Below are positions 57,364 to 64,000 of a stretch of 64,000 bases of DNA, piece by piece. The translations under genes and the position numbers were made by a program. Position 1 is the first letter of the stretch; each line of letters opens with the position of its first letter. Location: the NCBI GenBank assembly GCA_002309765.1, contig DBXY01000058.1, positions 8,989 to 72,988 on the forward strand, in the 5' to 3' direction. The DNA comes from Verrucomicrobia bacterium UBA1200 (lineage in GTDB: Bacteria > Verrucomicrobiota > Kiritimatiellia > RFP12 > UBA1067). The notes under the pieces were generated by a model. The model saw only the letters and a program-made list of their open reading frames with translations, did not search any database and was not told where the DNA came from.

Positions 57364-58620
57364 TTAACGCGCAGCCTTCTCTTTGACGGTCGGCTGAACG
57401 ACGGTCTCGGTAAAGACACCGGTCGCGTCCGCGCCTGGTGCCAAAGTGACGGTCTGCCAAGCGGCGGTATCGAAGTTTATACGGCAACCGCGGCGGAATG
57501 CCGCTTCGGCATAAGCCAACGCGACCTCGGCGCGCAACGCCTCTTTGTTCTTGTAGTGCCTAAAGCCCTCGTCCGAAAGCTCAAGCGCGACATTGAACAC
57601 CGCGCCGTCGGCGATGTTTACGGTACCGACCCACGGCTTCATCCACTGGCGGCTGACGCGCAACTGGTGCAGTCCGGGACGGGCGCGGAACGTGCCGCCG
57701 GACGAACCGATCGCCGCACCATCCACTTCGACCGTAATGCCGCCCGCGACCAGACGAAGCTCGTCTTTGACGGGTTTGGTAGCATCGACCGTCGCCTCAA
57801 GCGGAGCAATCGTCGCGTCAATGGTAGTAGTGACGGAGAACGTGGCCAGCGTACCTGCATCGGCCACCGGAGCGCGCCAGCGCGGCCGCGCTGCCGTCAG
57901 ATCCGCACCGGTATCCTGAACCCACATATCAATCAGGTCGTCGTAATGCCCCATGGGGTCGTCACCATTGTTTTTCGGAACGGGACGTTTGTTGTTCCAG
58001 TTTTTACCGTAAATGCTCCCGCCGGTGGTGGCATCCAACACCTTCGTAGCCATGCGCAAAGTGTAAATGGTCACCTCGCGGTCACCCGCAACCCGCTGCA
58101 TCTCGGATGCGCCGATAATCGATGCAGTAAGGATGTAGTCCGCGCCCAGCATCTGGGCCACCCGCGTTACGCTACCTCCGGTGAAAAGGCCGTCAATCAG
58201 GCCGGCGCGTTCTTCAGCGGTAGTGATTTTGTAACGGTTGAAGGCGGCTCCGATTTCGGCCGAATCCATGATGACAAAGTCCATGCCCGACATTTCCGCG
58301 GCAAGGCGGTCGCGAATGCCGTCCACCTGATCATCCATACCGGCAGTCTTCGTGTGGTTCTTCACGAAAATCGCCATAACCGGCGTCTTTGCTGGCGGCG
58401 GCGGGGGCGGCGCCAATACGGCGCGACGGACAACGTCAGCTTCGACCTTCACCACGTCCAACCCCGGATTGGCCGCCGCGACTCGCGCCTTAAACGCCTT
58501 AAGGTCGGCAGAGGTCTGCGGATCAAGTTTCTCAGTCTCAGCCACCACCTGCGGAGCCTGACCGAACGCCATCGCGCTCATAAGAGCGATGCCGGCAAGA
58601 ATAAGATTCGTAGCTTTCAT
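57364..58620 (-). CDS. secreted protein: Pro-rich linker + LpoB/CsgG-like alpha/beta module + PEGA-like domain
   Basis: 418 aa. Signal MKATNLILAGIALMSAMAFGQA, then APPPPPPAK, then VMAIFVKNHTKTAGMDDQVDGIRDRLAAEMSGMDFVIMD...ADYILTASI (LpoB/CsgG-like logic). PEGA-like segment GITVEVDGAAIGSSGGTFRARPGLHQLRVSRQWMKPWVGTVNI. Confidence 0.6.
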   Translation of the reverse strand: MKATNLILAGIALMSAMAFGQAPQVVAETEKLDPQTSADLKAFKARVAAANPGLDVVKVEADVVRRAVLAPPPPPPAKTPVMAIFVKNHTKTAGMDDQVDGIRDRLAAEMSGMDFVIMDSAEIGAAFNRYKITTAEERAGLIDGLFTGGSVTRVAQMLGADYILTASIIGASEMQRVAGDREVTIYTLRMATKVLDATTGGSIYGKNWNNKRPVPKNNGDDPMGHYDDLIDMWVQDTGADLTAARPRWRAPVADAGTLATFSVTTTIDATIAPLEATVDATKPVKDELRLVAGGITVEVDGAAIGSSGGTFRARPGLHQLRVSRQWMKPWVGTVNIADGAVFNVALELSDEGFRHYKNKEALRAEVALAYAEAAFRRGCRINFDTAAWQTVTLAPGADATGVFTETVVQPTVKEKAAR

Positions 58621-58647
58621 GTTTACTCCTCCATTAAAAACAGGTTA

Positions 58648-59292
58648 TCAGAAGAAACAATTGATAATCGGGAAGAACGGCACATTGGAGTTGGAAATGA
58701 CGTTAACCAACCCAATCTGAACGCCCTGCATCCTGTTGGCGGTGTTAATGACGCCAATCTGGACGCCCTGAACGTTGTAAGCTCCGTTGTATGCCCCGAT
58801 CTGGAACACATCGCCGGAATCGGTCCAGTTCGCGACACCGAACTGCAGCCCTTTAAAATCGCCGCCGAAGTAGTTGACGCAGCCGGTGTGGAACCCTACC
58901 CCGTCGCCTGTCGCATAGTTAACCAGCAGATTTGCGAGCCAGCCGTTGGCGTGGTTGTCGGCAACGCCAACTAGCCCGACATCAAGCCCGTCGAAGTTGC
59001 AGCAGCGGCCATAAAGAATGTTGATCCGCAAACCGCCCACGTCGTAATCAGATCCCGGAACCTGAATCGGGTCGAAGAGGCTAAGCATCACCGGGGTAAA
59101 ACCCGCCCCCTTGATGCTGTCCTTTTGCAACTGGCGGCTGGCCTGCGGCATCGCCTCCTGCGCACCGCGCGGCATGACACCGGTCCCGGAATTATAGACG
59201 GGTCTCACGCCCGGCTCGATCTGTTGCACGGTCGAAACTGCCGCACAGGCGACGGACGCCATCAGCAACATGCACGTTATCAGTTTTTTCAT
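58648..59292 (-). CDS. secreted/lipoprotein with tandem G-x-Q-x-G-x-x-N repeats
   Basis: 214 aa with signal MKKLITCMLLMASVACAAV. Repeats GLDVGLVGVADN, GLQFGVANW, GVQIGVINTANRMQGVQIGLVNV. It ends in hydrophobic FFPIINCFF. RBS GGAGAGAGAAGA. Confidence 0.7.
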   Translation of the reverse strand: MKKLITCMLLMASVACAAVSTVQQIEPGVRPVYNSGTGVMPRGAQEAMPQASRQLQKDSIKGAGFTPVMLSLFDPIQVPGSDYDVGGLRINILYGRCCNFDGLDVGLVGVADNHANGWLANLLVNYATGDGVGFHTGCVNYFGGDFKGLQFGVANWTDSGDVFQIGAYNGAYNVQGVQIGVINTANRMQGVQIGLVNVISNSNVPFFPIINCFF

Positions 59293-59334
59293 TCTTCTCT
59301 CTCCTTTGGTGTCGTTTTGGGTTGTTGAAGTTCA

Positions 59335-60726
59335 TCATGGGTTTAACAACGAAGTCGTTCGTTGCCAAGCGGAAGGCCCAGTCATGCCGATTTCCATAAC
59401 GTTTGCGGTGGCGAAACCGCACACGTCGGTAATCCAGATTAGCAACATGCCGCGACCGGTTCCTTCGGGAATCGCCACCTCGCACGAACGCCCGGTTTGG
59501 GTATTGCGGACTACGACGCTTTTCTGTTCCGGCTGCAAACGCAACCGGGCAAGCTGCACATACTCCGGTAACGTCAACCAAACCCGAGTGTCCGCTTCGG
59601 CCAGAATCGTGCTGGTGGCATTGTAGGCCATCGTTCCAAGCTTGATTGCCAGATTACCGATGTTGCTCCCGGTGTCAATCTGGTTTGCCGCAACTTGGGC
59701 CGCAATCTTAACCGCGGCGCGGGTTACGTTACGGGTCGCGATGCCCGGTATGCGGTCTTTCAAATCGCGGTAGGCCAGCGCCTGTACGTTTACCACCGGA
59801 ACGCACGAAGCGGCAAGAACCCCGCCCGCCTCCACGGCGACCGACGAAGGCGAATATGCCGGCGCTCTGTAAATCGGGAAATCCACCGACCACAGCGTTC
59901 CACCAAACGGAAGCGGGATTTTTATCGGTTCGCGCATATCGATAAGGTTTTCCTCGTAAACCACTACCACATCCTGCCCCGATCCGTCGGGAATCGCAGT
60001 CAAGGGTGCGATATCGGGATTGATCCGCCCCGCCTCGCGATAGGCAATCTCCGCATTGCTCGGATCATTCTCCAGCATTAAGAACATTCCCATTAAATAC
60101 CACGCCAACGCATTCTCGTAGGATGCTCGCACGGTGTCGGCCACCGGGGCGATACTGGTGGTGATCTGTTCCGCTGCGGTCGCTGCATTCTGCGCGTTGG
60201 CGGAGTTTTCCTCATCCGACGACGCAACCGTTTCGTTCTCTTCTTTAAGCTGCTCTTGCACCGCAGTAGCGCGCCGCAGATAAACGCGGGCATTGTCGCG
60301 CTCGCCGAGCGAAAGCTGATTCACCGCCTGATACTGAAGCCCAAACAACAGCTCGAACGCCGGCAATTCGTAAGGGATGGAGTTGTCATCGCCAAATGTG
60401 CCGGCCATAATGTTGCCCGCGATTTCGCCTTTTTTCAGCACTGGCCCCTCGTTAGTCTCATCGAAAAGCTCGTCAAGCAACGGACCAAGCACGGCGGAAC
60501 TGCCGGAGAAATCGCCTTGCAGCATCTTGATCCGGGACAACTCCAGACAACCCAGTTTCCGGTTGATTGTGCTGGCGGCCATCTTTTCTGCCCGCTTTGA
60601 GGCAGCCTCGCCGGTTCCGTACATCAAATCATGTCGTGCCGCGACCGCCTCTCTGTACAAAGTGTTACACCCGCAGAACGTTATTCCAATGGCAAAACAA
60701 AGAACTATCCGCCACAGTCCCGACAT
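59335..60726 (-). CDS. large helical (TPR-like) lipoprotein, COG3014-like
   Basis: 463 aa with lipobox ITFCGC. The N-terminal half is helical with an NARVYLRRA-type repeat. The size and position relative to the YcfL/LpoB homologues match the uncharacterised lipoprotein usually found with them (from memory). Confidence 0.6.
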   Translation of the reverse strand: MSGLWRIVLCFAIGITFCGCNTLYREAVAARHDLMYGTGEAASKRAEKMAASTINRKLGCLELSRIKMLQGDFSGSSAVLGPLLDELFDETNEGPVLKKGEIAGNIMAGTFGDDNSIPYELPAFELLFGLQYQAVNQLSLGERDNARVYLRRATAVQEQLKEENETVASSDEENSANAQNAATAAEQITTSIAPVADTVRASYENALAWYLMGMFLMLENDPSNAEIAYREAGRINPDIAPLTAIPDGSGQDVVVVYEENLIDMREPIKIPLPFGGTLWSVDFPIYRAPAYSPSSVAVEAGGVLAASCVPVVNVQALAYRDLKDRIPGIATRNVTRAAVKIAAQVAANQIDTGSNIGNLAIKLGTMAYNATSTILAEADTRVWLTLPEYVQLARLRLQPEQKSVVVRNTQTGRSCEVAIPEGTGRGMLLIWITDVCGFATANVMEIGMTGPSAWQRTTSLLNP

Positions 60727-60729
60727 GGA

Positions 60730-61692
60730 CTATTCTCCCGCCTGAAATTCGACTTCAAGCACATTGTCATCCCGAAGCACTTCCCGACCGATCGTGAACC
60801 GCGGAGTCTTTGAGAGCGATGACAAGATCTTAGCGCTCTTGTCTTTCGCCAACGTCGCGATATTGTTCCGAACCCACTGCCGGGTAATCTCATACTGCTG
60901 CGGGTTAACCTTCACCGCCAATCGCCCGTGCGCGGTTTCAGGATCGTAAACGAACTCCAACAACTCAACCGCGATCACTGTGGCGCGGCCCATAACCTTC
61001 CCGTCACGAATAGCGTATTCGGGGAACTCTATTCGTAGTGACGACGTGTCCTTTGTCGCGAAAGCCGCCACATAATCCTTTCGAACCGACTCCAACACGT
61101 CATCCTGAATGCGGCGCGACAACATCATATCGGCGGTCGAGGCGTCATTCAATTTAAAAACGAATTTGTAGGAAAAACCGTTACCCGCCTCACGGGCAAA
61201 AGACTCAATGGTATAGGGTTTTGCCGCAACCGCCGGAGCCGCTGCCATAGAGGTCGACACCGAAGTCGCAACGAGTCCCGGCCGCAAGACCTGCGCTTCG
61301 CGGTGGATACGGCGGCGCAGTGCCTCCACCTGCTTGTTGTATGACCGGTGAATGTCGCCTAACTCCTGGCGATAGAACAGTCCGTTACTGTCCACATAGT
61401 CGATGGAGAAAGAGGATCCAGAATGGCGCACGTCAACATCAATGCTCCATGAGTGCGCGTCGAAACGGCATCTTACCACACCGGGAGCGGTCTCTTTGGC
61501 GGTCCATCTCCTAGCTATTGCCGCCCGCACGATGATTGGGGTAAGATCGGTTGCCGCCGAGACAGCCACCGCTTCGTTTTTAACCTCCAACATCGGCACC
61601 CTCCGCACGATACCAAACACGGCACATCCTGTCAACAAGCCGCACACCGAAAACAATATCCCCGAACGAACGTAAAGTCGCCAATTCCTCAT
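60730..61692 (-). CDS. hypothetical lipoprotein
   Basis: Start set at the ATG at 61692 (MRNWRLYVRSGILFSVCGLLTGC, lipobox) behind GGGAGAGACCG. 320 aa with no recognisable enzyme motif. Its stop lies 3 nt before the next start. Confidence 0.65.
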   Translation of the reverse strand: MRNWRLYVRSGILFSVCGLLTGCAVFGIVRRVPMLEVKNEAVAVSAATDLTPIIVRAAIARRWTAKETAPGVVRCRFDAHSWSIDVDVRHSGSSFSIDYVDSNGLFYRQELGDIHRSYNKQVEALRRRIHREAQVLRPGLVATSVSTSMAAAPAVAAKPYTIESFAREAGNGFSYKFVFKLNDASTADMMLSRRIQDDVLESVRKDYVAAFATKDTSSLRIEFPEYAIRDGKVMGRATVIAVELLEFVYDPETAHGRLAVKVNPQQYEITRQWVRNNIATLAKDKSAKILSSLSKTPRFTIGREVLRDDNVLEVEFQAGE

Positions 61693-61720
61693 CGGTCTCT
61701 CCCAAAACAAAACACCTTAA

Positions 61721-61749
61721 AATATATCAAATTCGATGGCCGCAATCAA
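61721..61749 (-). promoter_or_regulatory. candidate sigma70 promoter of the six-gene lipoprotein operon
   Basis: On the minus strand: TTGATT (61749-44), 17 nt spacer, TATATT (61726-21). The -10 box lies about 29 nt upstream of the ATG at 61692. Confidence 0.45.
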
Positions 61750-61789
61750 GGTTGAATAGTGAAAAATAAAATGTGAAGTTGGCGAAAAC

Positions 61790-61825
61790 AACTGGTGCGC
61801 GTGCGAGTTCGCCCGCGCACCAGTT
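61790..61825 (-). terminator. terminator hairpin after the upstream large beta-helix gene
   Basis: 12-bp perfect stem AACTGGTGCGCG / CGCGCACCAGTT (61790-801 / 61814-825) with a 12-nt loop. On the minus strand it is followed by GTTTTCG (weak U-tract). Confidence 0.6.
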
Positions 61826-61865
61826 AGTTTGCAAAAACAATGATTGAATTTCGCAAACGCGCCCG

Positions 61866-64000
61866 TTAGAGCAGAATCACCATTGTGCCCACCCGTTGCA
61901 GATATAGGCCATCGGCCTCCACCAGCAACTTGCAATCAACTCTTTCCGGAACAAAGCTGACACCTTCAGGAGGCGAATCCCATGAGATAATCTTCACATT
62001 CTCTCCCGGGAATGTTCCATTCTTGATTCTAATCTGGACGGATGCTCCGTCTTCGAATGACAACGTCTTGCGACCAGTGTCAGTGAATACGGACGTAAGC
62101 GGTAGCGGCGTCGTACGATTGGACAAATCGATGGTGGATCCCTCCATCATCGTGCAACCGTAGAAGCAGTCATGCGCGGCAGGTATGAACGCGCGATGCA
62201 CGTTCAGCGCGGCAGCGCCTTTGTTGTACGTCGCATTACTCCATACCGGCTCGTAATCGCGCACATCAAGACTGCCTTCCAAATACAACGCGCAACCCAC
62301 CTTGAAATCGACCGTCGATGCGTCAACCGCGGTGGTAATGTGCAGGTAACCGCCGGAGGTGATGTTGATAGTACCGTTGGTGAACATCGTGTCGTGGACG
62401 TACAGGTGCTTCGCGTAAACGATGGGAATCGTGAGCGTGTATCCGCCGAGGTCGCACAACGCGCTTTGGAACACGATTGAATACGACACATCGAGCGTGG
62501 AGTCCGCAGTAAGTGCGCCGATGCCAGATCCCCCCCATGTACTCTTCGTCATGTCCGCCATGCTGTTTCTGATCGTGCCGCCTTCAAGCCTCACGAAACG
62601 CTGGTCATCCATTCTCCGCCCGTAGTAGGCATAGTTGGCTCTCAAATCGAATACCGCGTTGGACGCAACGGCAACATATGTGGGACCAAACGTCCTGAAT
62701 GCGTCGCCGCTGTACGTGGTGTTCGCGCCGTTGCCGTCGGGCGGTTGCGCGACACCTTCGGCGACAAGCGTTCCGCCCGTGTAGGTTTGCGGGGCGTAAG
62801 CCGAAACGTATGTGCCTAAGCCTTCCTTGACGAGCTTCATGTTCCCCGTGAAGGCGGCTTTGTCGTTCATTAGCGTGGAACCTTCGGCAACGCAAAGATG
62901 GAGTTCTCCGGGATGTTCGGTGTCGGTCGTCGAATCGGTAACACCGGCCATACCCGCCGTTATACCGGTAAAACCGGAAACGTCGAGGCGGTGGCCGAGC
63001 AAGTCGATGAACGCGCCGTCATGCAAGGCGACCGCACCGAGTCCGCTCCAATCGCAGTCCGCCCCCAACGACACGTCATCGGAAAGTATCAACCCCGCAT
63101 ACGCAAACCCGTCAGTCTGCGGGAAGCTGAGCGTGGTCGATCCGGCAAGGCGGATGAGCGTTGTGGAGTTTGGAACGGCGCCAGGCACCTCCACGCCGTC
63201 TTCCGTCACGCGCCAGTTGGCGGGGTCGAGCGGCTTTCCGTCTGCGCCGCCGCCCGTCCACTCTGCTATGCGTCTGCCCACAGCAGGCTCCACGACAAGC
63301 CGTAGGTCCCCGCCTGTCCAGTCGCACCTCACACTCAGGCTGTCCGCCGCGTCAAGGCTCGTTGTAACCGTGATATCACCCTCCGAAAGGCCGCAGCCCT
63401 TGAGGACCATATATTCGCCAAAGCCGTTGCCGGCGAAGTCGTATGTCAGCGCACCGCCGGGCGCAAACGCGCCGTTGATCATCTGCCCCGCCAAAAGCGC
63501 AAGCGTCTCGTCGATTGCCCACTTGCCGTCTCCGGAGGCGGAGGTGGTACCCGAACATGGCAAGGCGGAAATCTTGACCGTGCCGTCAGTCACAGCGATA
63601 TCGCCTTTCGTCGCGGTCTTGATCGTCAAGGTTCCCGTACCGGCCATCTCAATATCCCAAGGGCTGGTAAAGGCAGTACTGCTCAACGTGGCCGAGGAAG
63701 CCGTAGGCGAATAGAAAACATCGTGTTCCCCCTCGAATATGAGCTTCGGACGGGTACAGATCGTCGTGTCACGCGTGTCGGCCACAAAATATATCGGCAT
63801 CCCGAAATGATCCTTCACGGGAACGCTCCAGTCACAAGTCGAAGAAATGTGAATCTCGTCTCTCGCGAAGAAGATGCCGTAGTAATTCTTCGTTGAAGGA
63901 ATATTGGATCTGAACGGCCGCGCCGTCGTAAACTCCAAATTAGCCATGCCGAAGCGCATCCAAGCGTTCACCGCGCAACCGAAATACCCGATACTAGCAG
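61866..64000 (-). CDS. large secreted beta-helix/adhesin-like protein (C-terminal >700 aa; probably continues beyond the window)
   Basis: The reading frame stays open upstream of the track's GVG-type start (GTG at 63971) up to the window edge (..ASIGYFGCAVNAW..). It is a Gly/Thr-rich beta-strand repeat protein (GTGTLTIKTA, GTLVAEG). The C-terminal tail GTMVILL resembles that of the 2763-aa protein. Confidence 0.7.
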   Translation of the reverse strand, partial: ASIGYFGCAVNAWMRFGMANLEFTTARPFRSNIPSTKNYYGIFFARDEIHISSTCDWSVPVKDHFGMPIYFVADTRDTTICTRPKLIFEGEHDVFYSPTASSATLSSTAFTSPWDIEMAGTGTLTIKTATKGDIAVTDGTVKISALPCSGTTSASGDGKWAIDETLALLAGQMINGAFAPGGALTYDFAGNGFGEYMVLKGCGLSEGDITVTTSLDAADSLSVRCDWTGGDLRLVVEPAVGRRIAEWTGGGADGKPLDPANWRVTEDGVEVPGAVPNSTTLIRLAGSTTLSFPQTDGFAYAGLILSDDVSLGADCDWSGLGAVALHDGAFIDLLGHRLDVSGFTGITAGMAGVTDSTTDTEHPGELHLCVAEGSTLMNDKAAFTGNMKLVKEGLGTYVSAYAPQTYTGGTLVAEGVAQPPDGNGANTTYSGDAFRTFGPTYVAVASNAVFDLRANYAYYGRRMDDQRFVRLEGGTIRNSMADMTKSTWGGSGIGALTADSTLDVSYSIVFQSALCDLGGYTLTIPIVYAKHLYVHDTMFTNGTINITSGGYLHITTAVDASTVDFKVGCALYLEGSLDVRDYEPVWSNATYNKGAAALNVHRAFIPAAHDCFYGCTMMEGSTIDLSNRTTPLPLTSVFTDTGRKTLSFEDGASVQIRIKNGTFPGENVKIISWDSPPEGVSFVPERVDCKLLVEADGLYLQRVGTMVILL

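Noticed and set aside
57556-58974. 472-aa plus-strand ORF spanning two minus-strand genes. Similar long antisense ORFs occur at 43149-44222, 44104-45183, 30185-31237, 47989-48912, 17385-18203, 16003-16938 and 9747-10604.
   Set aside because: These are shadow ORFs, typical of GC-rich DNA. They are Arg/Gly/His-rich with low-complexity composition, no RBS and no recognisable motifs. The opposite strand encodes proteins with clear family signatures and signal peptides.

Overview
GC-rich, densely coding chromosomal segment. I call 46 CDS and 2 decayed genes, and saw no rRNA, tRNA or CRISPR array. All but 8 genes lie on the minus strand in long, tightly spaced co-directional runs. From left to right the content is: glycan-degradation genes (GH43 fragment, secreted protein with a GH42-like Cys cluster, beta-helix protein); rarA; a CsgG-like lipoprotein abutting a B12-binding radical SAM enzyme; potABCD; gnd; a small decayed patch (transposase N-terminal stub plus an interrupted PEP-CTERM gene); a ybjQ / TM-ybjQ / prsW-like operon; a sialic-acid locus whose Na+ symporter is fused to a NanM-like mutarotase propeller; a split chrA pair; a 2763-aa GDPD-LamG-beta-helix-PA14 surface protein; YibE/F, alkaline phosphatase, a GDP-mannose gene and ribBA; a stand-alone ketosynthase plus chain-length-factor-like pair; an ATPase-less ABC-2/GldG/DUF4340 module abutting a UvrD-type helicase; pgpA; oadGAB; and a six-gene all-lipoprotein operon built around YcfL/LpoB homologues. 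Taxon guess, by inference only: an anaerobic PVC-superphylum bacterium (Kiritimatiellota/Lentisphaerota/Verrucomicrobiota-like), probably host- or mucin-associated. The most unusual items are: (i) the six-gene lipoprotein operon at 56.3-61.7 kb; (ii) the ybjQ-prsW operon; (iii) the CsgG-like/B12-rSAM pair; (iv) a set of almost G-free, 7-8-nt-periodic intergenic repeats, one copy of which sits in frame inside the nanM-symporter gene; (v) a (GGAGnnnn)x4 / (CTCCnnnn)x4 palindromic array. All family assignments come from reading motifs by eye. No database search was run.
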